Source: Octopus sinensis
Lineage: Eukaryota
DNA length: 64,000 nt
Direction: 5' to 3'
NCBI RefSeq assembly: GCF_006345805.1
Contig: NC_043017.1
Span: forward strand, 5,332,001-5,396,000
Made by a program: the position numbers and the translations under genes. Shown here piece by piece: positions 33,673-49,363 of this stretch; positions within the stretch are counted from its first letter, which is position 1, and each line of letters starts with the position of its first letter. The notes under the pieces are model-generated. The model saw only the letters and a program-made list of their open reading frames with translations, made no database searches and was not told the origin of the DNA.

Positions 33673-36600
33673 TGTAGTGGGTGCTTTTTACGTGCCACCA
33701 GCACAGGGGCAAGAGGAGGCTAGCAACAGCCACAATCGGTTGGTGCCTATTATGTGCCACCGGCACGGAAGCCAGCCAAGGCAATGTCATCATCATCATC
33801 GTTTAACCCCTGCTTTCCATGCTGGCATGGGTTGGATGGTTTAACTGAGGACTAGCAAGCCAGGAGGCTGCACCAGGCTCCAATCTGAACTAGCAAGGTT
33901 TCTACAGATGGATGCCCTTCCTAATGCCAACCACTCTGTGAGTATAGCAGGTGCTTTTTTCATGTCACCGGCACACATATACACGGGTAGGAACAAAATG
34001 CTGCCATCTCTAGCAGGCAGGTATCCAACTGATGATGAGTAAAGACACAGAAACCATGTTTTAGCTGGAGGGGAGTGATTCGCTCCCTTACTCACAATAT
34101 ACCAGACACGGGTTCTGTATCGTTAACCAACTGGACAAGATGTTTTCCTGGGGTTAAAATGTTTAGAACAGCCACTTTATAGTGGCAAAAAAAGATTACT
34201 ATATATTTTTTTTCTTTAACTTGTTTCAGTCATTTGACTGAGGCCATGCTGGAGCACCACCTTTAGTTGAGGTAAACGACCCCAGGACTTCTTTATAAAC
34301 CTAGTACTTGTTCTGTCAGTCTCTTTTGCCAAACCGCTAAGTTACAGGGACGTAAACACACCAACATCGTTTGTCAAGCGATGTTGGGGTGATCAACAAA
34401 CACAGACACACAAACATATACGCACACAAACACACAGATACATACATATATATATATACAACAGGCTTCTTTCAGTTTCTGTCTACTAAATCCACTCACA
34501 AGGCTTTGGTCAGCCTGAGGCTACAGTAGAAGACACTTGCCCAAGGTGTCATGCAGTGGGACTGAACCTGGAACCATGTGGTTGGGAAGCAAGCTACTTA
34601 CCACACAGCCACTCCTGCGTCTATATATGTATTCTTTTCTTCGTTTCTTTGACTTGTTTCAGTCAGCTGGTTGCGACCATGCTGGAGTACCTCCTTGAAT
34701 GGTTTTAATCAAACAAATCAAGTCCAAAACTTTTAAAATTATTTTAAAGCCTAATACTTATTCTATCGGTCTCTTTTTGGCGAACTGTTATGTTACAGGG
34801 ACATAATCACACCAAAAGTGATGGTGGGGGGATATAAACACAGACACAAAGACATACGCATATAGATATATATAATGTGCTTCTTTCAGTTTCTATCTAC
34901 CAAATCCACTCACAAAGCTTATTTCATATTCCTTCAAAGTTTATAAATCCTCATGACATCAACTATGTGTGTATGTGTGTGTGTGCGTAATCATCTGACA
35001 CCCGCTCTCTTCAAAACTGTTGGCTTTATGCCTATCAGAAGTTTTTGTTGTTGTTACTAAGTTGGTTAGCATGCCAGACAAAATTCTTAACAACATTTCA
35101 TAAAGGTTTCACATTCCGAGTTCAAATTCCTCTGTGATTGACTTTGACTTCCATCCTTTCAGGGGTGATAAAATAAGTACCCGTTGAACTCTGGGGTCGA
35201 TGTATTTGACTGGCCCAGTGCCCTGAAATAAATGGCCTGGCGCCAAACTTTGAAATCATTATTTTTATTTCTGTTAAGTTGGCAAGCTGGCAGAATCCTT
35301 AGCATGCCAGACAAAATTCTTAGCGACATTTCATCTGGCTTCATATTCTGAGTTCAAATCCCACTGTGGTTGACTTAGACTGTCATCTTTTCAGGGTCAA
35401 TAAAATAAGTGTCAGTTGAGGAACCAGGGTCGATGTAATCAACTTGCTGCCCACCCCTCCAGAAAAAAAAAAAATCAAGCCTTGTAACTATAGTAGAACG
35501 AACTATTGTTGTTGTTGTTGTTAACACCAGAAGCTGGCAGAATTGTTTATGTATTGGAAAAAATACTTAGGAGCATTTCTTTTGACTAATTTTGTTCTGG
35601 GTTCACATTCTGCCAAGGTCAGTTTTTTACCTTTCATCCTTTTTGGATCAATATAATAAAGTACCAACCAGGTGCTGGGGTTTATGTAATCAACCCCTTC
35701 TCCCACGCTCGTAAAAACTTCTGACTTTGTTCCAAAATCAGAAAGGATTATTATGGTGCCATGTATGAAGCATCCAGTAGACTCTGTAAAGTGGTTGGTA
35801 TTAGGAAAGACACCCAGCTGTAGAAACCATAGCAAAATAGACAATTGGAGCCCAGTGCCACTCTTAAGCTGGCTGCTCCTGTCAAACCATCCAACCCATG
35901 CCAGCATGGAAAATGGGGATTCAATGATGGTGATGATGATGATGAGAGGATTATGTCAGCATGGAGAATTTGAATAAATGGTGCAAGACTAAACTAGAGC
36001 ATTCAGTTATGATGTCTTCATTCTCCAATTTAAAATCTTGCTGTAATCAGTTTTATATCCATCTTGGGAATCAATAAATTCCAATTGTAATAAGGCATGC
36101 ACTGGGGCTTTATTTTAACAGCTGTACTCTTGTCTTGAAGTGTGTGTGCTCTGATGCCACCAATCTAAAGAATTAAGACAAATTTCTGATGAAACACTGG
36201 TGGACAACATTATTATGAGAAGAAGTATTATGAGAAGAACTGTTAAAGGTGAAATAACCTCTGACACTTACCAATTCTTCTCAGCTGAACTGATGCTCTT
36301 CACTTTGTCTTTGATATCAGAAAAAGTGCTAAGAAGCAGCAGATTTCTAACGAGTATTTATCAAACAACAGTTCCGAGATTCTGTAACAGAAAAAGAAAA
36401 ATCACTCACGAAAAATCAATATTTATTTTTTCCTTTTTTCTTTTAATTCTTTCCTCCAACATCTCTTTACGACATTTTGGCACTTTATTTTATTTCTTTT
36501 TATTTTTCTTAATAATTTCAATCAAAATTTTCTTTCTGTTATTTCACAAACATATGCCAAGTTCTTGAAATATCTTCCCCAGTGTCAATATTTTTGTTTT

Positions 36601-37276
36601 CTATTATCTCAAAGATATTTGATTTTTGCATTGAAATACTATCATAATTTTTGGTTGTTCTTGTTCTTCATTGGAATTACATCAAGTTATTAAATTTGAA
36701 GAATCCAACAACAACATGTTTTTCTTGCTCCTCCTTTTATGTTTGACTCAATCAAATCAATGCTTTTTATTGATTTTAGCATTTATTTAATCAATCTACA
36801 TTTTGTTTTTACCGTCTCTTCTTCCTTCCTCTTCTTCCTTCCTCATCTTATTTACGTCTATCAAATAGTTTTCTTTCATATTTCTACATTGTTTCCTATT
36901 AATATTGATCTGTTTTGATCACACACAATGGTTATTATTTTTGTACACAACCACATGTTCAATATGTGTGTGTGTGTGTGTGGTGTGTGTGTGTGTGTTT
37001 ATCACGGAAGTGTAAAGAGACGAGTATTGTAGAGACTAACTATAAAAAAAGCATTAAAGTAGGAATTTGAACTATTTGTGATGTTTAAACACATACATGA
37101 ACATCATGTACACACATGGTATGGTTGTGTGGTTAGAAGTTTGCTTCCCAATCACATGGTTCTGGGTTCTGTCCCACTGTGTGGCACCTTGGGTGAGTGT
37201 CTTCTACTATAGCTTCAGGTCAACCAAAGCCTTGTGAGTGAATTTGGTTGACAGAAACTGAAAGAAGCCCATCGTA

Positions 37277-37313
<37 letters not shown>

Positions 37314-37326
37314 GGGGAAAAAAAGG

Positions 37327-37792
37327 CAAGATAGAAAATGGCAAAATAATTTTGGAAAAAATATTTCAGTACCGGTTTTAGTCATTAAGACCTTTTCAAC
37401 TGTAATGATTAAATAATTAAATTTAGAAAAATTGAAAGAAAAGTTTTAAAAGAATATTTGCATAGTGTTCAAATATAAGTGGCATTTTCCTTGTTTCTCC
37501 TTGTCTCGTGTCTCTCTTATTTACTCTCGTGGGTTCGAGATTGTGAATTCTTGGTAGAGAAGAAGAATTCAGAACAACCTCGAACCCACAAGAGTAAACA
37601 AGGGAGACAGAAACAGGCAGAAACAAGGAAAATGTCTCTTGTATTTGAACACTATGCAAATATTCTTTTAAAAAAACTTTTCTTCACTTTTTCTAAACTT
37701 AATTATTTAATCGTTACATTTGAAAAAGTCTCAATGACTGAAACCGGTAATGAAATATTTTTTATAAAATTATTTTGGCATTTTCTATCTTG
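37327..37792. mobile_element. Fold-back (MITE-like) element with arms of about 225 bp and a loop of about 10 nt
   Basis: CAAGATAGAAAATGGCAAAATAAT ... ATTATTTTGGCATTTTCTATCTTG; complementarity continues inward to GAATTC at 37545 and 37565. Confidence 0.85.
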
Positions 37793-37839
37793 ACTTGTTT
37801 CTTCATATATATCAACTTGTGTCTTCCTTTTACACTTTC

Positions 37840-37877
<38 letters not shown>

Positions 37878-40800
37878 CATATATATATAGACACACACAC
37901 ATACATACATATATATATACACACACATATATATATTTACATACATTATATATATATATATACACATATATATATACAAACATATATATATACATACATA
38001 CATATATATACACATGCACACACACATATACTCACACATATACACACACACACGCATATACACACGTACACACACATATACATACACACACATACACATA
38101 CATACACACATACACCTACACACATACACGTGCGCACATACATACACACACGCACACATACACATACGCACATACATACACACACATACATACACACATA
38201 CACACACACATGCACGCACACACACATGCACACACATACATACACACACATACATACACGTACACATACACACACATGCACACATACACGTACACACACA
38301 TACACACATACATACACGCATACATACATACACGAACACATAAACACACGCACACATACACATGCACGCACACATACATACATGCACTCACACATACATA
38401 CAGACACACATACACGCACACATACATACACATACATACATACATACACACATACACACACGCACACATACACGCACACATTCACACACGCACACATACA
38501 CACACATACATACATACACACACATACATACACACACGCACACATACACATACATACACGCACACATACATACACGCACACAAACACACGCACACATACA
38601 CATACATACATACACACACGCACACATACACGCACACAAACATACACACATACATACACACATACATACACACACATACACACACGCACACACACATACA
38701 CGCACACATACATACACATACACACACACATACATACACACACGCACACATGCACACATACACACACACATGCACACATACACACACACATACACACACA
38801 CGCACACATACACGCACACATACATACACATACACGCACACACACATACATGCACACATACACACACATACATGCACACATACACATACACACATACATG
38901 CACACATACACACACATGCATACACACACACACACGCACACATACACACACATACACGCACACATACATACACACATACACACATACATGCATACATACA
39001 TGCACACATACACGCACATATACACACATACACACACACGCACACGCACACATACACACATACACACACGCACACATACACGCACACATACATACACACA
39101 TACATGCACACATACACACACATGCATACACGCACACATACACACACATACACGCACACATACATACACGCTCACATACATACACGCACTCACACATACA
39201 TACACACATACACGCACACATACACACATACACACACATACATACACACACGCACACACACACACACATACATGCACACATACATACACATCCACGCACA
39301 CATACACACACACATACATGCATACATACATGCATACATACATGCACACATACATGCACACATACACGCACACATATACACATACATGCACACATACACA
39401 CACATGCATACACACGCACACATACATACACGCTCACATACATACACGCACTCACACATACATACACACATACATACATGCATACATACATGCATACATA
39501 CACACACACATACATGCACACATACATACACACACACACACATACATGCACACACACATACATGCATACATACACACACAGATACATGCACACATACATG
39601 CACACATGCACACATACACACACGCACACACACGCACGCATACACATACACGCACACATACACGCACACATACACGCACATACATACATACATACACGCA
39701 CTCACACATACACGCACACATACATACACACATACACGCACACATACACGCACATACATACATACACGCACTCACACATACACGCACACATACACGCACA
39801 CATACACGCACACATACACACACATACATACATGCACACATACACACACATACATACACACATGCACACACACACATACATGCACACATACAAGCACACA
39901 TGCACACGCACATACACGCACACATACACGCACACATACATACATACACGCACACATACACGCACACATACACACACACACATACATACACGCACATACA
40001 CACATACACGCACATACATACATACACGCACACATACATACACACACATACACGCACACATACATACACGCACTCACACATACGCACACACACACGCACA
40101 CACACATACACGCACACATACACGCACACATACACGCACATGCACACATACACGCACACATACACGCACATACATACACGCACACATACACGCACACATA
40201 CACTCACACATACACGCACACATACATACATACACGCACACATACACACACATACACGCACACATACATACATGCACACATACACACGCATACATACATG
40301 CACACATGCACGCATACATACATGCACACATGCACACATACATACATGCATGCACACATACACACATACACGCACATACATACACGCATACATGCACACA
40401 TACACATACACTCACACATAAACGCACACATACATACATACACGCACACATGCATACATGCATGCACACATACACACACGCATGCACACATACACACACA
40501 TACACGCACACATACATGCACACATACACTCACACATACATACATACACGCACACATACATACATGCATGCACACATACACACACACATGCACACATACA
40601 CGCACACACACATACACGCACACATACATTCATACACACACACATGCACACATACACGCACACACACATACACGCACACATACATACACACGCACACATA
40701 CATATACACACACATGCATACACGCACACATACACACACACATACACGCATACATACATGCACACATACACACGCATACACGCACATATACACGCACACA

Positions 40801-43800
40801 TGCACACACACATACACATACACGCACACATGCACACACACATTCACATACACGCACACATACACGCACACATACATACATGCACACATACACACATACA
40901 TACATGCACACGTACACACACATACACGCACATACACGCACACATACATACACGCATACATACTTGCACCCATACACGCATACATACATGCACACATACA
41001 CGCACACACACATACACGCACACATACATACATACACGCACACATACACGCACACATACATGCACACATACACGCACACATACACGCACACACACATACA
41101 TACACACGCACACATACACGCACACACACACACATACACGCACACATACACACACACACACGCACACATACATGCACACATACACTCACACATACACGCA
41201 CACATACATACATGCATGCACACACACATGCACACACACATACACGCACACATACATACACGCACACATACATACATGCACACATACACACACATACACG
41301 CACACATACACGCACACACGCACACATACATATACACATACATGCATACATACATGCACACATACACGCACACATGCACGCATACATACATGCACACATA
41401 CACACACACATACATGCACACATACATACACACACACACACATACATGCACACACACATACATGCATACATACACACACAGATACATGCACACATACACG
41501 CACACATGCACACATACACACACGCACACACACGCACGCATACACATACACGCACACATACACGCACATACATACATACATACACGCACTCACACATACA
41601 CGCACACATACACACACACATACACGCACATACATACATACATACACGCACTCACACATACACGCACACATACACACACACATACATGCACACATACACG
41701 CACATACATACATACACGCACTCACACATACATACATGCACACATACACACACATACATACACACATGCACGCACACACACACATACATGCACACATACA
41801 AGCACACATGCACACACACATACACGCAACACATACACGCACACATACACACACACACACATACATACACGCACATACATACATACATCACGCACACATA
41901 CACGCACATACATACATACACGCACACATACATACCACCCACATACACGCACACATACATACACGCACTCACACATACGCACACACACACGCACACCACA
42001 TACACACGCCACATACACGCACACATACACGCACACATACACGCACACATACACACACATGCACACATACACGCACACACATACACATACACGCACACAT
42101 ACACGCACATACATACACGCACACATACACTCACACATACACGCATACATACATACACGCACACATACACGCACACATACACACACATACACGCACACAT
42201 ACATACATACACGCACACATACACGCACATACATACACGCACACATACATACACGCACACATGCACACATACAAGCACACATGCACACACACATACACGC
42301 ACACATACACGCACACATACATACATACACGCACACATACACGCACACATACACACACACATACACGCACACATACACGCACACATACACACACATGCAC
42401 ACATACACGCACACACATACACATACACGCACACATACACGCACATACATACACGCACACATACACTCACACATACACGCACACATACATACATACACGC
42501 ACACATACACGCACACATACACGCACACATACACGCACACATACACGCACACATACACACACATGCACACATACACGCACACACATACACATACACGCAC
42601 ACATACACGCACATACATACACGCACACATACACTCACACATACACGCACACATACATACATACACGCACACATACACGCACACATACACACACATACAC
42701 GCACACATACATACATACACGCACACATACACGCACATACATACACGCACACATACATACACGCACACATGCACACATACAAGCACACATGCACACACAC
42801 ATACACGCACACATACACGCACACATACATACATACACGCACACATACACGCACACATACACACACACACACATACATACACGCACATACATACATACAT
42901 ACACGCACACATACACGCACATACATACATACACGCACACATACATACACACACACATACACGCACTCACACATACGCACACACACACGCACACACACAT
43001 ACACGCACACATACACGCACACATACACGCACACATACACGCACACATACACGCACATGCACACATACACGCACATACATACACGCACACATACACTCAC
43101 ACATACACGCACACATACATACATACACGCACACATACACGCACACATACACACACATACACGCACACATACATACATACACGCACACATACACGCACAT
43201 ACATACACGCACACATACATACACGCACACATGCACACATACATACATGCATGCACACATACACACATACACGCACATACATACACGCATACATGCACAC
43301 ATACACGCACACATACACATACACTCACACATAAACGCATACATACATACACGCACACATACATACATGCATGCACACATACACACACGCATACACACAT
43401 ACACGCACACACACATACACGCACACATACATTCATACACACACACATGCACACATACACGCACACACACATACACGCACACATACATACACACATACAC
43501 GCATACATACACGCACACATACACACGCATACACGCACATATACACGCACACATGCACACACACATACACATACACGCACACATGCACACACACATTCAC
43601 ATACACGCACACATACATACATGCACACATAACACACATACATGCACACGTACACACACTTACACGCACATACACGCACACATACACGCACACACACATA
43701 CATACACGCACACATACACGCACACATACATGCACACATACACGCACACATACACGCACACACATACATACACACGCACACATACACGCACACACACACG

Positions 43801-44290
43801 CACACATACACGCACGCACACACACACACATACACGCACACATACACACACTCACACACACACATACACGCACACATACATGCACACATACACTCACACA
43901 TACACGCACACATACATGCACACATGCACACATACACACACACGCACACATACATACATGCACACACATGCATACATACATGCACACATACATGCACACA
44001 TACATGCACGCACACATGCACGCACACATGCACACACACACACATACATGCACACATACACATGCATACATACATGCACACATGCACACACATACATGCA
44101 CACACATGCATACATACACGCACACATACACGCACACATACATACACACACATGCACACGCACACACGCACACATACACGCACACATACATACACGCATA
44201 CACGCACACATACATACACGCACATATACACATACACGCATACACGCACACACACATACACACACGCATACATACATATATAAATATATT
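37840..44290. repeat. 6.4-kb compound CA/TA/CG alternating purine-pyrimidine array with kb-scale internal duplications
   Basis: CACA/TACA/CGCA/TGCA words throughout; rare landmark words recur at fixed offsets. Confidence 0.97.
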
Positions 44291-45441
44291 TATATATATG
44301 TGTGTCTCTGCATCTGTGTTTGTCTCCTAGCACCACCACTTGACAACCGATGCTCTAAAAAACATTTCTAATAACCCATTTTACTAAATTCCTTTAAACG
44401 CTTGCAGGTTTTCAAAACCTGAATAAAACTCCACAGAAACAACTATCCTAAGTACCCCCACTCCCTATACTGCAGAGGAAGTTTAAACGTTAAAAAAAGT
44501 GGGGGGAAGCCTTTGATGCCAAAAGAAAAATCTGGAGAAACTGTCAGAATTCGAGCTTGATCGATTTTAGCTGTTTTTTGTTCAGTTTATATATTTTAAT
44601 TTTTAGGTCAGAATATTAGACTATTCAGTTGAATTTTAGGTTAAAACGGTAGCCATCCAGTATATTATCAGAACAGTACATGATGGGGCCAAAGAAAAGA
44701 AAAAGGAGTAGATGGTTTTTATCTTTTAGAAAATCTCATATTTAAATCCTTTCGATATCAACCCAGCTGAATCTGGCTCTGGCTCTAAATACAAATGTCT
44801 TGCTTTCAAAAGTTCTGAATTAAAATCTTCCACTAAACTTTAGTCACAATTATCATTCAGCTAGTGTTAGGAACATAACTAAGTTATTTTACTAAATTCT
44901 TTGTTTCTTTCAACTAACTTTAAATATAACACAGAGCATCTCAACAGAAATATGGTAACAAAAGGGTTAAAAAATATAACAGAGAAACGATTCTTAACCC
45001 TTTTGATACCAACCTGGCTGAAACCACCTCTGGCTCTGTAGTACAAATGTCTTGTTTTCATAAGTTTTTAACCAAAATCTTCCACCAAACCTTAGTCACA
45101 ATTTATGTTCCTCACACTAGCTTAATGATAACTAAGTTATTTTACTAAATTCTTTGTTTCTTTCAATTAATTTTAAAAATAACAGAGAAAATCTCAGAAA
45201 ACATTTTGTCTGGTATGCTAATGATTCTGCCAGCTCGCCTGCTTAACAGGAATGAAAATACTGATTTCAGATTTTGGCACCAAGCCATTTATTTCAGGGG
45301 ATTGGGTAAGTCGTATACATTGACCCCCAGAGTTCAACGGGTACTTATTTTATCAACCCCGAAAAGATGGAATTTGAACTCAGAAATTGGTAACAAAAAG
45401 GTTAAGACTTTGAAAGGAAGTTAGAAACACTTTTTGTTAAT

Positions 45442-45834
45442 AGGCGTAGGAGTGGCTGTGTGGTAAGTAGCTTGCTTACGAACCACATGGTTCCGGGTTC
45501 AGTCCCACTGCGTGACACCTTGGGGAAGTGTCTTCTACTATAGCCTCGGGCCAACCAAAGCCTTGTGAGTGGATTTGGTAGACGGAAACTGAAAGAAGCC
45601 CGTCGTATATATGTATATGTGTGGGTTTGTGTGTCTGTGTTTGTCCCCCCCCCCAACATTGCTTGACAACTGATGCTGGTGCGTTTACGTCCCCGTCACT
45701 TAGCGGTTCGGCAAAAGAGACCGATAGAATAAGTACTAGGCTTACAAAGAATAAGTCCTGGGGTCAATTTGCTTGACTAAAGGCAGTGCTCCAGCATGGC
45801 CACAGTCAAATGACTGAAACAAGTAAAAGAGTAA
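45442..45834 (+). mobile_element. Composite SINE family A+B, best-preserved copy; other plus copies 37115-37275 (A only), 52056-52385, 63225-63380 (A only)
   Basis: Complete head (A box TGGCTGTGTGG, B box GGTTCAGTCCC), CORE-like ACCTTGGGGAAGTG, CpGs retained. Confidence 0.9.
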
Positions 45835-46440
45835 AGGAGACTAATGGTATTATTTTTCTAAATCTTAATCCACTTTTCTGGTGTAAAACACCAAATCAGG
45901 AACATCAGTTCAGCAGAATAAAGTGCTGAACTTTATTTCTTTCAGCTCTTTACATTTTGAGTTCAAATCCCACCAAGGTTAACTCAGCCATTCAACTATT
46001 CAGGGGTCAATAAAATAAAGAACCAGCCAAGTACTGGGGTTGATGCACTCAACTGAAATTGCTGGCCTGGCACCAAAATTTAAAAATCTTATTTCTATAA
46101 ATCTTAAAGTAGTGAATGGATTAGCAGAATGGCAGTATTGTTTGTGTATGAGATTAAATGCTTAAAGTCTCTTCCAGCTCTGTACATCACGAGTTCAAAT
46201 CCCATAGGGGTTCATTTTGCTTTTCGGCCTTTTGGGGCAAGGTTGATAAAATAAGATAGCAGTTAACTACTGGAGTTGATGTGATCGACTGACCAGTCAT
46301 TAAAATTGCTGGCCTTGTGCCAAAATTTGAAGCCATTGTTTTCTAAATCTAAGAAACACAGTTGCAAGAGTGGCTGTGTGGTAAGAAGCTTGCTTCCCAA
46401 CCACGTGGTTCTAGGTTCAATCCCACTAGTTTTTGAAATT

Positions 46441-46604
46441 TTTTTTTTTTAGTTTTTTAAAAATGTTTTTGTCTATTTTATTAATTTCTTTTTTTTTTCA
46501 GTTTTTTAAAAATGTTTTTGTCTATTTTATTAATTTCTTTTTTTTTCAGTTTTTTAAAAATGTTTTTGTCTATTTTATTATTTCTTTTTTTCCATTTTTT
46601 GCAG
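46441..46604 (+). repeat. Three tandem copies of a 48-49-bp T-rich unit abutting the terminal-exon acceptor
   Basis: AGTTTTTTAAAAATGTTTTTGTCTATTTTATTA starts at 46451, 46500 and 46548. Confidence 0.9.
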
Positions 46605-46854
46605 CTTGATAGGCTTTGAGGATGAACTTCGCAGAGAACACAGGGAAATTGAACGTCTTGCTTGTGAGAAACAAATGGTAATTGAGGCCCAAGAGCGGCA
46701 GATCCAGACACTGGATACGACCAATAATAAACTGATGTGTGCTCTGAATCAGTTAAAGGAGCGATGTCACACCAACCCTCTTCGAAATGGCCTCACTTCA
46801 CAGCCTCAGTCCAAAGTCCCAGATTTTAAGGAGTACAGAAGCAGTGCTTGCTAA
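46605..46854 (+). CDS. RASAL2/DAB2IP-like: Terminal coding exon of the same RasGAP gene (second half of the coiled coil and C-terminus)
   Basis: Acceptor ttttttgcAG at 46603-46604. CG + C restores Arg, then LIGFEDELRREHREIERLACEKQMVIEAQERQIQTLDTTNNKLMCALNQLKERCHTNPLRNGLTSQPQSKVPDFKEYRSSAC* (TAA 46852-46854). Resembles the recalled DAB2IP/RASAL2 tail (IIDAQEKRIASLDAANARLMSALTQLKERY...EF(R/K)NSS(N)C). Splice phase matches the upstream exon. Confidence 0.95.
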
Positions 46855-46948
46855 ACTTAAAATAAAAATTTAAAAAATTAAAAAATACAAACAAATAAAA
46901 CCAACAATAACAAACAAAAACAAACAAAGGAAACAAATGGGATTACAG

Positions 46949-46988
<40 letters not shown>

Positions 46989-47550
46989 GCAGAATTTTGT
47001 GTGTATGTATATGTAAGTGCATTTGTATACATCCATACATGTATGTATGTGTGTGTGTATATATAAATGTGTGTGCGTGTGTACGTACACACAACACAAT
47101 GGAAAATTATGTACGCTTGTTAACCTGGTATGCATATATGTGTTGTTTTTTTGTTTTTTTGTTTTTTTTTCCACGAGAGGGTTATTAAACACAATGAGGA
47201 GTTTTATTATGAAACCCGTCAGAATGCCGTGGTTCTGCAACCATGGCGACACACAAACATTTTTTTCATTTTTTTTTCTTTCTCCATTCAATATAAATTA
47301 TCAAAAGAAAGAAAGAAATGTTGATAATATAATTACAAAACCAAAAAAAAAAGAAAAAAAACTCAAAAAAATTCAATTTAAAATAATCTTCCTGATAATT
47401 CCAATTTTCTTCATCTTCCTCTGAATATGAACCCAGGTAATTTCCCCTCACCTGTTACCTCTCCATACCCCAGCCCCGTAACCTCTGCGTCTCTTTATCA
47501 CACCTTAACACGGTCACTGTGATGAATATAGTAGAACAAAGTGAAAGCTT
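46855..47550 (+). other. Proximal 3' UTR (true end not determinable)
   Basis: Follows the stop codon, is A/U-rich and free of recognisable SINEs until about 47550. AATAAA at 46861-46866 and further downstream. Confidence 0.5.
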
Positions 47551-49314
47551 GCACCAAGCTAAAAGCTAAACCAGTGATACAGTTTCAATCCCAACCCATG
47601 TATTAAAACCATTTCATGTTGCTAATACCCTTGGGAAAGGCATGAACATCAAAACTCTTCCTTGTCCCTCCCCTATGATGTATATGGTCTCTGTGCCACC
47701 CAGTCAAGAGGAACTGATATCCTCAGTAAATGTGGCAGGCAGTGTAGATAAAGCCAAGAGCCTAAATAAAAAAACATTGTCAGGGAGGTGAGTTAACAAG
47801 CTGGCTTCCTATCCCAGTTGGAGTTAATTCACTTCTGTTACATTATTAACAGTTGTGATTAAAGTTGTGAACAAGACAGAAAAAATTATCTCGCTTGAAT
47901 TATGTTGCTGATTACCTTGGGAAAGGCATGAACACTGCAACTCCCCATCCTCTATATAAGGGCCTTGAGCCTCTAACATTTCAAATGTGATCCCTAAATA
48001 GGAAATTTCTTCAAAGAGGATTTTATTTCTCGATAATTTAAAGGAGAGAAAATACATACGTATAAATATAATTTCTAAATATAAATGATTTTTTTTTTTT
48101 TTTTGAGGTGTGGGACTGGAGTTAGTCATGAATGTTGGTGGTGGGTGGTGGTCATGGAATGAAATCCCCTTATTTTAGTTGGAAAAGAAGAAGAAAAATA
48201 ATCAATGTATACAGATTTTATGGACACATGACAACAGTTTCAATTTCAATGATAAACACAATAATTTGGATGTTGATAAAAAGAATATCGTTATTATTAT
48301 TATTATTTATTATATCCCCCTTGCCCCAATTCTCCTATGTACTCCCAACAAGAGATTCTACTCCAAATGTCAACTGAAGTTGAAAGAATATAAAAAAAAA
48401 TGGAAAATAAAGATTTATCTATCCTCTAAACTCGGATTATTTCAAGGTTAATAAAAAAAATATATATTAGAAAGTAAACTGTGCTACTCTTGAGATTAAG
48501 AGTTTATGCTTTCTTATTGCTACAGCTGGGCTGTCTTTTTATTTATTTATTATTTTTTTTTTTTGTAATGTTAAGCTGGAGGGAGGTGGTGGTTGGTATC
48601 CAACTACCAGTTACCATTAAATTGCCCTATCCCTTCAGAGACAATATTAAAGGGTTTCCTGAAACAGAGATTGTAACAGTTCCTTATCGAATAAACAACT
48701 TATTGGCCAGACACAGACTGCAGGTACGTTGACAGAGGTTGTAATGTCTATTTTTAGTCCCACACCAACTCATCAGGTGTATGAACGCAAACACACGATA
48801 TATACACTATAACGATTTATATTATAAGCTAATCTTTTGTGGCCACTCAACCTGCTAGAAATAACTACCTAATCTCCCTCAAATCAAATTCCTACCATTT
48901 TAAATGCTGGAAGGGCATGGCACACTAGATAACATAGCCCTAGGCCCCACACCTAGTCTCCCACTCCAGAAAAATAGCCAGAATGGTGATGGTAAGAGCC
49001 GCTTTGGTCATAGGTCAATAGGATTGGAGTTGATTTGAGTCTAAACAGCTATGACTTCACAAAAATATAAAGAAACGACCTCTTTACTTCCTGCCACTCA
49101 TTCCCTATTTACAACAGCTATAACAACAATAATGTCCTTAGGTTGTGATCTCTAGCACTAGACTCTTTAAAACAATCAAATCTGACAGACAGTCTACTAA
49201 ATGACACAGATTTTGGCTGTTTATTTTTTTTTATCTGTCTTTCTTTCTCACACACATAAATTGAAGAGGATAATTTCAACAAATTTGGAGTTATCTTTAA
49301 AACTAGAATGAACA

Positions 49315-49363
<49 letters not shown>

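Larger units (their letters stand above)
10437..46604 (+). other. 36,168-nt phase-2 GT-AG intron
   Basis: Defined by the two exons whose joined frame is continuous (IER|LIGF). Additional cassette or alternative exons inside it cannot be excluded. Confidence 0.85.

Noticed and set aside
37839-44371. Very long ORFs (up to 2053 aa) rich in H/T/Y/I or V/C/M/Y
   Set aside because: Alternating R/Y repeats rarely form stop codons, so all frames are open on both strands; no protein-like complexity.
47570-47945. Duplicated CCTTGGGAAAGGCATGAAC as a conserved 3' UTR element
   Set aside because: Resembles the CORE-like segment of old SINEs, so more likely two decayed SINE copies.
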